Of a stretch of 64,000 bases of DNA, positions 17,386 to 26,901 are shown piece by piece. The notes under the pieces were generated by a model. It ran no database searches, had not been told where the DNA came from, and worked only from the letters and a program-made list of their open reading frames with translations. Made by a program: the position numbers and the translations under genes. Each line of letters starts with the position of its first letter. Position 1 is the first letter of the stretch. The stretch is from Thermoplasmata archaeon (GTDB lineage: Archaea > Thermoplasmatota > Thermoplasmata > Lutacidiplasmatales > UBA184): the NCBI GenBank assembly GCA_035502035.1, contig DATJUZ010000049.1, forward strand, positions 5,475 through 69,474. Reading direction: 5' to 3'.

Positions 17386-17539
17386 CCCAGTCCTCGGCTT
17401 CCTTCGGGGCAGGCTGGACCGCGAACGGCTCGACGGCCTCGACCTCGAGCTCCGTTCCGCAGTCGGTGCACGGGAAGACCTCTCCGAGCACCTTGTCGTG
17501 GTTTTCGACGGGGGCGGCGCATTCCGGGCATTCGGTCAT
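17378..17539 (-). CDS. lysW: Amino-group carrier protein LysW/ArgW (not in the supplied ORF track)
   Basis: Translated by hand: MTECPECAAPVENHDKVLGEVFPCTDCGTELEVEAVEPFAVQPAPKEAEDWGE. It has two CxxC motifs and the diagnostic EDWGE C-terminus. Confidence 0.97.
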   Translation of the reverse strand: MTECPECAAPVENHDKVLGEVFPCTDCGTELEVEAVEPFAVQPAPKEAEDWGE

Positions 17540-18972
17540 GTGGTTCCCTCGCTGACGAGCTCCTCGATGAGCTCGACCTTGCGGCCGAGCGAGGAGAGGG
17601 AGGTGCGGCGCGCGGCCAGGCGCGCGTCGGCGTGCTCGAGCTGCGCGGCGAGCGGCAGCGGGCCCGGGGCGCCCCGCGAGCGGCGCCGGGCGAGCGCGGC
17701 GACCGGGTCCGGAAGGATCGTGAACGAGCGGCCGCCCGCGGCGGCGGAGAGCTCGCGGCCGCCCGAGCGACCGGGCGGAGCGAGGGAGGCGTCCCGGACC
17801 GCCTCGTGGGCGTCCCGGAACGGGACGCCCGCTCCGACGAGCTCCTCGGCGAGGTCGGTGGCGTACAGCTCGGGGTCGCTGGCCGCCTCGCGCAGGCGCT
17901 CCCGGTCGAAGCGGAGCGCACCGATCAGGCGGTCGAGCGCCTCGACGGTCCCTCCGACCGTCGCGACGGCGTCCAGGACCGCCGCCTTGTCCTCCTGCAG
18001 GTCCCGGTCGTAGGCGAGGGGCAGTCCCTTGAGCGCCGTCAGGAGCGCGACCAGGTCGCCGACCGCCCGGCCGGCGCGGGCCCGCACGAGCTCGGCGACA
18101 TCCGGGTTGCGCTTCTGGGGCATCAGGCTGCTGCCGGCACCGAGCGCGTCCGTCCGCTGGACGAAGCCGAACTCCCGCGTCGCGAACAGGACGATCTCCT
18201 CGCCGAGGCCGCTCGCGTGCACGGCGAGCAGGGCGAGGTCGAACAGCAGCTCGGCGAACGGGTCGCGGTCGCTGACCGCATCCAGGGAGTTCTCGAACGC
18301 CTCGGCGAAACCGAGGCGCCGGGCGGTCGCCTCCGGGTCGAGGGGGACGCCGGTCCCCGCGAGCGCGGCGGCGCCGAGGGGGGAGCTGTCGGAGCGCGCG
18401 ACGGTCGCGAGGAGCCGGTCGAGGTCCCGGTCGAACCGCCAGAAGTGCGCGAGGAGATGGTGGCCGAGGCTCACCGGCTGGGCGCGCTGCAGGTGCGTGT
18501 AGCCGGGCATCGGGGTCGCCGCCTCGGCCCGCGCCCGCTCGAGCAGGGTCTCCTCGAGCGCCAGCAGCGCCGTGCCCAGCCGGTGGACCGTGGCGCGGAG
18601 GTACAGCCGCTCGTCCACCGCGACCTGGTCGTTGCGGCTGCGGCCGGTCTGGAGCTTTCCGCCGAGCGGTCCGACCAGCTCGATGAGCCGGCTCTCGAGG
18701 TTCGTGTGGACGTCCTCGAGCTCCTCGCGCCAGGCGAACGTCCCCTCGGCGACCTCTCGCCCGATCGCGCGGAGCCCCGCGGAAAGGGTCCGGGCCTCGG
18801 CCGCGCTGAGCACGCCGGCCCCCTCGAGCGCCGTGACGTGGGCGAGGCTCCCGGCGAGGTCGTAGCGGGCGAGCGGGCGGTCGACCGAAAGCGAGCTGAC
18901 GTAGCCGAGCGCCGGGGTCCGAACGTACGACGGCGCGGGCCGGGGGGCTTCTGGGCTGCCGGGGGTCGCCAT
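17536..18972 (-). CDS. argH: Argininosuccinate lyase
   Basis: EDVHTNLE, TGRSRNDQVA, MPGYTHLQRAQP, GSSLMPQKRNPD and YDRDLQEDK motifs. Confidence 0.95.
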   Translation of the reverse strand: MATPGSPEAPRPAPSYVRTPALGYVSSLSVDRPLARYDLAGSLAHVTALEGAGVLSAAEARTLSAGLRAIGREVAEGTFAWREELEDVHTNLESRLIELVGPLGGKLQTGRSRNDQVAVDERLYLRATVHRLGTALLALEETLLERARAEAATPMPGYTHLQRAQPVSLGHHLLAHFWRFDRDLDRLLATVARSDSSPLGAAALAGTGVPLDPEATARRLGFAEAFENSLDAVSDRDPFAELLFDLALLAVHASGLGEEIVLFATREFGFVQRTDALGAGSSLMPQKRNPDVAELVRARAGRAVGDLVALLTALKGLPLAYDRDLQEDKAAVLDAVATVGGTVEALDRLIGALRFDRERLREAASDPELYATDLAEELVGAGVPFRDAHEAVRDASLAPPGRSGGRELSAAAGGRSFTILPDPVAALARRRSRGAPGPLPLAAQLEHADARLAARRTSLSSLGRKVELIEELVSEGTT

Positions 18973-18974
18973 CG

Positions 18975-20210
18975 CTACGGCCGGGGGGTCGGCAGGTCGT
19001 TCGGCGGCGGCTCGTTCGGCGTGGCGACGGAGGCCCAGGTGCGGCTTGGGAGCCCCCAGACGTAGATGAACCCCTCCGCCATCTCCCGACGGAAGCGGTC
19101 GCCGTCCGAGTACGTGGCGAGGCCCGCCCGGTAGAGCGAGGCCGGCGAGCGGCGCCCGGCGACGCAGGCGCGGCCCTTCGCGAGCTTGACGGTCACCTCG
19201 CCGTCCAGGCGCTCCTGCGTCGACGCCACGAACGCATCCAGGCTCGCCCTCAACGGGGCGAACCAGAGGCCGTCGTAGACGAGCTCGGCGTAGCGCTGCT
19301 CGGCCAGCCGCTTGAAGCCGAGGACGTCGCGCGGGAGGACGAGCGCCTCGAGCGCCCGGTGCGCCTCGAGGAGGACGGTCGCCGCGGGGCATTCGTAGAC
19401 CTCCCGGCTCTTGATCCCGACGACCCGGCTCTCGAGGTGGTCGATCCGCCCGACGCCGTGCGCGCCGGCGAGCGCGTTCAGCCGCGCGACCAGCGCCTCG
19501 AGCGCGAGCGGCTCGCCGTCGAGCGCGGTGGGGACCCCGGCGGCGAACCGGACCGTGACGTAGGCGGGCTCGTCCGGCGCGGAGAGGGGCGAGCATGTCC
19601 AGGCGTAGACCTCCTCCGGCGGCTCGATCGATGGGTCCTCGAGGATGCCGCACTCCACCGACCGCCCCCAGAGGTTCTCGTCCGTGCTGTACGGCGAGCG
19701 CTTGGTCGCCTCGACCGGGATCCCGTGGCGGTCGGCGTAGGCGATCTCCTCCTCCCGGTTCATCGTCCACTCCCGGGCGGGGGCGATCACCGCGAGCTCG
19801 GGCGCGAGGCTCTGGGTCGAGAGCTCGAAGCGGACCTGGTCGTTGCCCTTCCCGGTGCAGCCGTGGGCGACGGCCGTCGCCCCGACGCTGCGCGCGACGC
19901 GCACGAGGTGCTGGGCGATCAGCGGCCGCGCGAGCGCCGTGGAGAGCGGGTAGACCCCTTCGTACAGGGCGTTGGCGCGCAGCGCGGGGGTGAGGAACTC
20001 CCGGGCGAACTCGGCACGGGCGTCCGAGACGTAGGCGTCCACGGCGCCCGAGGCGAGCGCCTTGCTGCGCACCCGCTCGAGGTCGACCGGTTGGCCGACG
20101 TCCGCGGTGACGGTGACGACGTCCAGCCCCTTCTGCTCCCGCAGCCAGGGGATCGCCACGGAGGTGTCCAGGCCCCCGGAGTAGGCGAGGACCACCTTCG
20201 ATCGTCCCAT
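18975..20210 (-). CDS. argG: Argininosuccinate synthase
   Basis: VLAYSGGLDTS, AHGCTGKGNDQVRFE, STDENLWGRSVE and KSREVYECP motifs. Confidence 0.97.
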   Translation of the reverse strand: MGRSKVVLAYSGGLDTSVAIPWLREQKGLDVVTVTADVGQPVDLERVRSKALASGAVDAYVSDARAEFAREFLTPALRANALYEGVYPLSTALARPLIAQHLVRVARSVGATAVAHGCTGKGNDQVRFELSTQSLAPELAVIAPAREWTMNREEEIAYADRHGIPVEATKRSPYSTDENLWGRSVECGILEDPSIEPPEEVYAWTCSPLSAPDEPAYVTVRFAAGVPTALDGEPLALEALVARLNALAGAHGVGRIDHLESRVVGIKSREVYECPAATVLLEAHRALEALVLPRDVLGFKRLAEQRYAELVYDGLWFAPLRASLDAFVASTQERLDGEVTVKLAKGRACVAGRRSPASLYRAGLATYSDGDRFRREMAEGFIYVWGLPSRTWASVATPNEPPPNDLPTPRP

Positions 20211-20248
20211 CGGCGCGTGCGAACGAGGCGGGGACGGTCCCGCAGAGA

Positions 20249-20317
20249 TTTATACGACGCGGCCGCTCAGCGACAGCATCGGGCAGATTTGTCCGAAACA
20301 AGACAAACATGTCGGAC
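20249..20317. promoter_or_regulatory. Divergent argG/ACT-gene control region: TATA box and inverted repeats
   Basis: TATAAA on the minus strand at 20254-20249. Inverted repeats TTTGTC-N8-GACAAA (20288-20307) and GTCCGA-N15-TCGGAC (20291-20317). Confidence 0.45.
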
Positions 20318-20959
20318 GCTACCGTTCCCATCGCGCGTCGCGTGCGGGAGTACCTGGACGCGCACCCCCCGCTCGGGGACGCGCTGCGCGCGGGGGTCGC
20401 CAACTACGCGGCGATGGGCCGGCGGGTCGCGGGCGACCTCGGGATCCGGCAGCTGGACGGCGTGGTCGCGGCGTGCCGACGGTACCCCCGGGGCCGCGGC
20501 GAGGCCTACGGCGAGGGCGCCGTCCGACGCGTCCTGCGGAAGAGCCGGATCGAGTCCCGATCGAAGGTCGCCGCGATCACCGTCCAGCTCGGGACCGACG
20601 TCCTCCAGCGGCTCGGCGACGTCGTCGAGGAGCTCCTGGACGAGAACCTCCTCTGCCGGGTGATCCAGGTCTCGCGCGGCACCGTGATCCTCGTCGATGA
20701 GGACTCCGTCAGCCGGGTGACCCGCCCCCTCCGCGAGTCGAACGTCGTGCGCGTGCGCCGCGGGCTCGTCGAGGTTGCCGTGACGAGCCCGGAGAGCATC
20801 GAGGAGACGCCGGGGCTCCTGCGGCTGCTGTCGGGGCTCCTCGCCACGCGGGCGATCAACATCGTCGAGGCGCTCTCCTGCTACACCGACACGATCTTCC
20901 TCCTCGACGAGAAGGACCTGAGCGCCGCGATCGCCACGCTCACCCAGGCGCTCGTCTAG
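20309..20959 (+). CDS. Archaeal ACT-domain protein with N-terminal helical domain, putative amino-acid-responsive regulator
   Basis: N-terminal IARRVREYLD...GVANYAAMGR and C-terminal ACT-like SPESIEETPGLL...INIVEALSCYTDTIFLL. Confidence 0.8.
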   Translation: MSDATVPIARRVREYLDAHPPLGDALRAGVANYAAMGRRVAGDLGIRQLDGVVAACRRYPRGRGEAYGEGAVRRVLRKSRIESRSKVAAITVQLGTDVLQRLGDVVEELLDENLLCRVIQVSRGTVILVDEDSVSRVTRPLRESNVVRVRRGLVEVAVTSPESIEETPGLLRLLSGLLATRAINIVEALSCYTDTIFLLDEKDLSAAIATLTQALV

Positions 20960-21062
20960 CCCCGCCCCGAGCGGGCACCGGTCGCCGCCGGAAGGTTAAG
21001 GGGCGCACCCCGATGCGGCCGTCCTTGGGCGGCCGGCGAGCGTCCTCGGGGCCCGGCGGCCG

Positions 21063-22175
21063 ATGAACCCGACCTCCGAGAGCGCGGTGGCGCGCGCGAC
21101 GCTGGGAGCCTACCTGCGGGTCCGGGCCGGCGAGGCGGTCACCGTCGAGGCATGGAGCTCCGCGCTCGACTGGGCGCGCGCGCTGGTCCTGGAGGCTCGC
21201 CGACGCGACGTCGAGCCGATCCTGGTGGTCGAGGACGAGGACGGCTTCTTTCGCTCGCTCGAGGGCGGCGGACCGGTCCCGACGGCCCCGGCGACGCTCG
21301 CCCGGCTCGGCGGAGCCTACGTCTACCTCTCGGGGCCGGAGGCGTTTCCCCGCGCGTTCGGCCTGGAGCCCGAGGAGCGTCGGGCGGTCGTCGCTCGCCA
21401 CGGGCCCGCCTGGCGGGCCGCCGCCCGGGGCTCGGGGCTGCGCGCGGTGGCCCTCGCGGTCGCTGGGGTCGGTCCGACGGCGGCGGCCCGGTTCGGCGTC
21501 GGCGTCGACGCCTGGAGGGAGGAGGTCGTCCGCGCGAGCCTCGTCCCACCGGCACGCCTGCGGGCGACCGCCGGCCGGCTCGTCCGTCGGCTCGCCCGGG
21601 CTCGACGCCTGACGGTCCGGCACGCGAACGGGACCCGTCTCGAGCTCGCCGTGCGCCCCGGCCGGTGGCTCGAGGAGGCGGCCGGCGAGGACCGGGGCCG
21701 CCACCGGTTCGACCCGGTCTGGTCGAGCGTGCCGACCGGGCGACTCACCGTCCCGGTCGCTCCCGGCTCGGCGAACGGCCGCTGGGAGGCGAACCGCCCT
21801 CACTACGATCGCTGGGGCGAGAGCCCGGTCGGCGACGGGGGCCGGTTCCGATTCGCGGACGGAAGGCTCGAAGAGTACGCGTTCGACCGGGGTGGGGAGG
21901 AGTTCGCCTCCCTGTCCGCCGCCTCCCGCCGCGCACCGGGGATCGTCCGGGCGCTGACCGTCGGACTGAACCCGGCCGTCGTCCGCGCTCCTGAGGTCGG
22001 GGACCTGTCCCTCGGACGGCTCGGACTCTGCTTCCAGCTCGGGCGTCCCCCGGGCCGGACGGGGGTGCTCCCCGGAGAGTTCGTCTCCGCGTTGCACGGA
22101 GCCGAGGTCGACCTGGACGGCCGCCCCTGGCTCTCCGACGGTCAGGCGGTTCGGGCCCGTGGCGGCTCGGGGTGA
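21063..22175 (+). CDS. Aminopeptidase T / M29-like protein, apparently degenerate
   Basis: LRVRAGEAVTVEAW, HANGTRLEL, VPTG and VGLNP follow the family layout, but the expected metal ligands are not evident. Confidence 0.65.
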   Translation: MNPTSESAVARATLGAYLRVRAGEAVTVEAWSSALDWARALVLEARRRDVEPILVVEDEDGFFRSLEGGGPVPTAPATLARLGGAYVYLSGPEAFPRAFGLEPEERRAVVARHGPAWRAAARGSGLRAVALAVAGVGPTAAARFGVGVDAWREEVVRASLVPPARLRATAGRLVRRLARARRLTVRHANGTRLELAVRPGRWLEEAAGEDRGRHRFDPVWSSVPTGRLTVPVAPGSANGRWEANRPHYDRWGESPVGDGGRFRFADGRLEEYAFDRGGEEFASLSAASRRAPGIVRALTVGLNPAVVRAPEVGDLSLGRLGLCFQLGRPPGRTGVLPGEFVSALHGAEVDLDGRPWLSDGQAVRARGGSG

Positions 22176-23125
22176 GCGGTCCCTCCGCCGAGCTCGTCCG
22201 AAGCGCTCGACGGCCGCTCGAGTTCCGGCTCGAGCGCCTCGACGAGCTGCTCCGCTGCGCCGAGGTGGCGAGCGGAGAGCTGCTCGACGTTGACGCCGAC
22301 CGGCACCGACAGCCCCTGCTCGACGACCGCCGCGCGCACGGCCGACCAGAGCTCCCGCGCGTTCTGCACACTGCGGGCGCTGATGTCGTGCCCCTCGGGC
22401 TCGAGGATCGCCCGCTCCACCTCCTCGGGAAGGTCGGCGCCGAGCCAGCGGACGAACGATGCGTCCGCCTCGTCTCCGACCGGCGCGACGCTGACGAGGA
22501 CGGCCGCCGGGGGGACCCCGGCGTCACGACAGAGGCGGTCGTAACGACGCAGCAGGTCGAGGATCCCGCTCGGGTCGAAGAGCAGCTGGGTCGTGAAGAA
22601 CGACGCCCCGGCCCGCGTCTTCGCCAGCATCCGGTGGGCCTCGCCGGTCCGTTGGGGGATCGCGATGTTCCCGAGCAGGCCCCCCGCGCCGGCCAGCACC
22701 GGACGCACGACCCCGTTCGCCGCGGCGACCGGAGGACCGGGGTAGGGGATGTAACGGCTCGAGCCGCCGACCAGAACGACATGGCGCAGCCCGAGCCGAA
22801 CGGTCTCCTCGGCCCATGACGAGACCGCCGCCTCGTCCGGGAGGTGGGCGACGACCTTGGTCACGACGACCTCCCGACGGGCCCCGAGCGCCAGCGCGGC
22901 AGCGTAGGCGCGCGGGTCGGCGGTCCGGTAGAACGGACGGCCGTCGTGGTTCTCGTCGATCAGCTCGGGGACGCTGATCGCGTCGACCCGGCTCCGCCGC
23001 TCGACGAGCCCGAGCGTCGCGTCGAGGCTCGTGGAGAGGCGGGACGGAGCGGCCCGTGCCGGGGGAGGGACGATCGAGAGGACGAGCGGGTGGGCGTGAA
23101 GCGCCAGCGCCAGCGGACGGGCCAT
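22142..23125 (-). CDS. Methylenetetrahydrofolate reductase-like protein (mycobacterial-type)
   Basis: IVPP, ISVPELIDE, VVLVGG, GNIAIPQR..EAHRMLAK..AGASFFTTQLLFD and FVRWLG motifs. Confidence 0.7.
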   Translation of the reverse strand: MARPLALALHAHPLVLSIVPPPARAAPSRLSTSLDATLGLVERRSRVDAISVPELIDENHDGRPFYRTADPRAYAAALALGARREVVVTKVVAHLPDEAAVSSWAEETVRLGLRHVVLVGGSSRYIPYPGPPVAAANGVVRPVLAGAGGLLGNIAIPQRTGEAHRMLAKTRAGASFFTTQLLFDPSGILDLLRRYDRLCRDAGVPPAAVLVSVAPVGDEADASFVRWLGADLPEEVERAILEPEGHDISARSVQNARELWSAVRAAVVEQGLSVPVGVNVEQLSARHLGAAEQLVEALEPELERPSSASDELGGGTAHPEPPRARTA

Positions 23126-23287
23126 CGAGCCGGCGGAACCCCTTCGCCTCGGAATACCACCGCGGGCGGGCGATATAGGCTCTCGCGCGCGGGGGAGCGT
23201 TTCACGCCGCGTCGGACGGTTGCACGGCGAGCAACCCGCGTCGCTCCGACCCGAGCGGCTAAGGCCGGCGGAGGCGTCCCGGAAACG

Positions 23288-23767
23288 ATGCGGGGGAGCC
23301 GGATCGGCGCCTGGCTCTCCCTCGTACGGCAGGGTCTCGCGGTCGAGGTCGGCTTCGGCACGCACTCGCTCGAGACGCTGGTCGCGATCGCCGAGAGCGT
23401 GGAGCAGGGCGTCTACCGGCCGGGTTCGCTCGCGAGCAGCGACCGGGGGATCGTCGTCACGCTGGCCAACCCCCCGCTCCGCGTGGGCGCCTTCGGAGGC
23501 GTTCGGGCCTGGGTCGACGGATCGGCCGTGGCCCCCGAGCGGCTGCGCGTTCGAGCGGGGGCCGGCGGCGTCTGGAAGGCGGCGTCGACGCTCTCCGAGG
23601 CGGACCCTCTCGTCCTCGCTCCGGGCCGGCCGACCGAGCTGGCGCTGGACGGGATCGACCGCGCCCCGCGTCGACGGGTCCGCGTGCGGCTCGAGTTTGA
23701 CAGCGTCGCGATCCCCCCGCTCGTCTGGCTCGAGTTCGACGACGAGTTGCCGGAGCCCTCCGCGTGA
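23288..23767 (+). CDS. Hypothetical protein, translationally coupled to the downstream glycosidase
   Basis: Plausible beta-rich sequence (YRPGSL...IVVTLANPPLR). Its stop overlaps the next start (GTGA). Confidence 0.6.
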   Translation: MRGSRIGAWLSLVRQGLAVEVGFGTHSLETLVAIAESVEQGVYRPGSLASSDRGIVVTLANPPLRVGAFGGVRAWVDGSAVAPERLRVRAGAGGVWKAASTLSEADPLVLAPGRPTELALDGIDRAPRRRVRVRLEFDSVAIPPLVWLEFDDELPEPSA

Positions 23768-25926
23768 CCGACGACCTGGGGTTCGGGCCGACGTTGCTGC
23801 GGTCGATGAGCTCGGCGATCCTCCTCGACCGTCGGGGGGACGTGCAGCTCGGGCGCGAGTGCCGGGGCGCCGTCATGGAGTGGGGCGGGGTGTACGCCCA
23901 GCACGTCCGCCTGACGGGGGGGTGGAGGGTCCGGCTCCGGACGGACGGTACCGACCACGACCTCGTGGCCGGCCGCTCGTCCGCCTCGCTCGAGGGCGAG
24001 CGGTTCGTCTCGGACCACGTCTGCGGGCCGATCTCGGTCCACCAGGAGGTCGCGCCGCTCGCCTCGCCCGCGGGCGCCGTGCGGCTCCTCACGCTGGAGC
24101 AGGCGGGCCCGGGACCCCGACCGGTCGTGCTGACGAGCCTGATCGAGCCGTACCTGATGCCGGTGCTCGTGGAGGGAGTGCGCCCGGTGGAGCTCGAGAT
24201 CGAGACGCGTGTGCACGAGCTGCGACTGCGTCAGCGCGGCTTCGCGCTCTCCGTGCGTTCGGACGTGGGACCGAGCCGTCTGTACGTCGATCGGGCGTCG
24301 TGGAGGGGAGGCCGGAGACGGGGGTCCGTCGACGAGCTCGGGGTCGACTACGACCTGGAGCTGCCCGCCGGCGAGCCTCGCACCCTGACGCTCGTCGTCC
24401 TCGGGGGCGTCGAGCGCGACCTCGATCGCGGGGTCGGGCCGGGGGCGGTCGAACTCCCCTCGCCTGCGGGGTCGGCGGACGCGATCGCGGCCGAGGAGGC
24501 CGCCTGGTTCGCCTCGACCCCGACGATGTCGCTCCCGGACGCCCCCGAGCTCGAGCGGGCCTACGCGCACGCCCGTGCGGGCCTGCGTCGCCTGTACAGC
24601 CGGCCGGCCGAGGGGATGACCGGCCTGGTCGCCGGCTATCCCTGGTACTCCGCGTTCTGGTGCCGCGACCTCGCCTGGATGCTGCCCGCGGTGATGTGGC
24701 TCGGGGACCTCGACTTCGCCCGCGCGTCGATCGCGACGGTCCTCGCCTTCCAGGCGACCCACCCGATCGAGCTGCTCGCCGCCGAGCCCGGGGAGCTGCC
24801 CATGCAGCTGTCGCCGGGACCGGTCTTCCTGTTCGGGACCTCCGACACGACGCTCTACTACCCGGGGCTCGTCCATCGGCTGCTGCGGCACGGGGGCCCC
24901 TTCGCCGAGCTCGCCGGCTGGTGCGACGCCCTCCGCCGTGCCGTCGCCTGGGGCGAGCGGCGGACCGACCCGGCGACCGGGCTCCTCCGACACGGCGGCG
25001 AGGTCGAGCTCGTCGAGCGGGCCTCCCGGGAGCTCGCGAAGGTCCGCTACGGCATCGACGCCCCCGACACGACGATCTGGGACTCGACCGACCGTCGCGA
25101 CCACGCGGTCGATGTCCAGGGGCTCTGGTACGAGGCGCTGCGAGCCGCCGCCGAGCTCGAGGCTCGCCGCGGCGAGGAGGGGGAGGCCCGTCGCCTGGCC
25201 GCGAGGTCCGAGCGGCTCGCCGAGACCCTGCGCACCGCCTACGTCTGGGACGCCGAGCGCTACCTCTACGACTCGCTGCGCGACGGGGCCCCGGTCCGCA
25301 AGCTCCGACCGAACGCGCTGCGCCTCGTGAGCGCCGGACTGCTCGATCGTGCCCGAAGCGCCGCGGCCGTCCGGCGGGTCGCCGAGAGCGACCTGAGCAC
25401 TCCGTGGGGAGTGAGGACGCTGGCCGCGACCGACCCGGGCTACGCTCCGACGGCCTACCACGACGGGCAGGTCTGGACGATCGCGACGGCGTGGGCCGCG
25501 GACGCCGCCTACGCCGCCGGCCTCCCGGCCCTGGGGCTCTCCTATCTGCGTACGATCGCGGCGCGCTACGAGGCCGAGCCGTATGGGGCGAACGAGTGCT
25601 ACCGCGGCGACCGTGCGGAGCCGTTCAACTCCTGCTTCCTGCTCGGGTTCAGCGTGGGGCCGTTCCTGTCCGTGCTGTTCGAACGGCTCTGGGGGCTCGA
25701 GGTCGACGCCGAGCGGCCGGGCCTCGCGGTGCGGCCGGCGTTCCCGGACGCTTGGCACGCGGCGGCGCTCGAGCATCTCCGCATCGGGGACGGCGAGGCC
25801 GCGATCCGGTGGGAACCCGGGCTCGTCGAGGTCCGCTGGAGCGGGCGGAGGCCGCTGTCGGTCGCTGCCCCGGCCGCGGCGGGGACCGTCCCCCCCGGCG
25901 GCCGGCTCCGGCTCGCCGCCCGGTGA
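23764..25926 (+). CDS. Amylo-alpha-1,6-glucosidase / glycogen debranching enzyme-like (alpha/alpha)6 glycosidase
   Basis: AGYPWYSAFWCRD, TIWDS, AVDVQGLWY, LSTPWGVRTL and YHDGQVW motifs. Confidence 0.85.
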   Translation: MTDDLGFGPTLLRSMSSAILLDRRGDVQLGRECRGAVMEWGGVYAQHVRLTGGWRVRLRTDGTDHDLVAGRSSASLEGERFVSDHVCGPISVHQEVAPLASPAGAVRLLTLEQAGPGPRPVVLTSLIEPYLMPVLVEGVRPVELEIETRVHELRLRQRGFALSVRSDVGPSRLYVDRASWRGGRRRGSVDELGVDYDLELPAGEPRTLTLVVLGGVERDLDRGVGPGAVELPSPAGSADAIAAEEAAWFASTPTMSLPDAPELERAYAHARAGLRRLYSRPAEGMTGLVAGYPWYSAFWCRDLAWMLPAVMWLGDLDFARASIATVLAFQATHPIELLAAEPGELPMQLSPGPVFLFGTSDTTLYYPGLVHRLLRHGGPFAELAGWCDALRRAVAWGERRTDPATGLLRHGGEVELVERASRELAKVRYGIDAPDTTIWDSTDRRDHAVDVQGLWYEALRAAAELEARRGEEGEARRLAARSERLAETLRTAYVWDAERYLYDSLRDGAPVRKLRPNALRLVSAGLLDRARSAAAVRRVAESDLSTPWGVRTLAATDPGYAPTAYHDGQVWTIATAWAADAAYAAGLPALGLSYLRTIAARYEAEPYGANECYRGDRAEPFNSCFLLGFSVGPFLSVLFERLWGLEVDAERPGLAVRPAFPDAWHAAALEHLRIGDGEAAIRWEPGLVEVRWSGRRPLSVAAPAAAGTVPPGGRLRLAAR

Positions 25927-25968
25927 GCCGCGCGCGAGGCTTCATCTGTCGCGGACCCTCCCCGGGAC

Positions 25969-26901
25969 GTGTCGGCGGCGGTCGAGGTCGACGGGCTGGT
26001 CAAGCGCTACGGTGACCTGACCGCGGTCGACGGGATCCGCTTCGAGGTCGCTCCGGGCAGCGTCTTCGCGTTCCTGGGGCCGAACGGGGCGGGCAAGACG
26101 ACGACCGTCGAGGTGCTCGAGGGGCTGCGCCGGGCGACCGCCGGCACCGTGCGCGTCCTCGGCCTCGACCCGTGGACGGCCGGCGACGAGGTCCACCGAC
26201 GCATCGGCGTGATCCCCCAGGACTTCCGCTTCTTCGAGAAGATCACGGCGCGCGAGGCCGTCGAGTACTACGGGACCCTCTTCGGCCGGCGCGTCGACCC
26301 GGCCGACCTGCTCGCCCGGGTCGAGCTCGCGGACAAGGCCGACGCCCGGTTCGACACGCTCTCGGGCGGCCAGAAGCAGAAGCTCGGTCTCGCGCTCGCG
26401 CTGACCAACGACCCCGAGGTCTGCTTCCTGGACGAGCCGACGACCGGCCTCGACCCGCACGCCCGCCGGGCGATCTGGTCGGTCATCCGCTCGCTGCGGC
26501 GCGACCGGAGGACGATCTTCCTGACGACCCACTACCTCGAGGAGGCGCAGCTGCTCGCCGACCGCGTAGCGATCATCCACCACGGCAAGATCATCGCGGC
26601 CGGGACCCCGGAGGAGATCATCCACGCCTACGGCGGTCCGCCATCGCTCCGGGTGCGCGCTCCGGCGGCGCTCGTCGACCGGCTGCGCGGCGAGCTCGGC
26701 GTGGAGGCCCACGTCGAAGGGGAGGAGGTCGTCGTCCGTCTCGCGGACCAGCGCGACGCCCTGCGCGTCCTGAGCGCGATCGACCGCAGCGGCCTCCCCT
26801 GGGACGGCGTGGCGACCCAGACCGACACGCTCGAGGACGTCTTCGTCCGCCTGGTCGGGCGGATGGACGACGGCGCCCTCCCGCCGGAGGGCGCGCCGTG
26901 A
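25969..26901 (+). CDS. ABC-2 type transporter ATP-binding protein
   Basis: Walker A GPNGAGKTT, signature LSGGQ, Walker B FLDEPT and H-loop TTHY. Confidence 0.95.
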   Translation: MSAAVEVDGLVKRYGDLTAVDGIRFEVAPGSVFAFLGPNGAGKTTTVEVLEGLRRATAGTVRVLGLDPWTAGDEVHRRIGVIPQDFRFFEKITAREAVEYYGTLFGRRVDPADLLARVELADKADARFDTLSGGQKQKLGLALALTNDPEVCFLDEPTTGLDPHARRAIWSVIRSLRRDRRTIFLTTHYLEEAQLLADRVAIIHHGKIIAAGTPEEIIHAYGGPPSLRVRAPAALVDRLRGELGVEAHVEGEEVVVRLADQRDALRVLSAIDRSGLPWDGVATQTDTLEDVFVRLVGRMDDGALPPEGAP

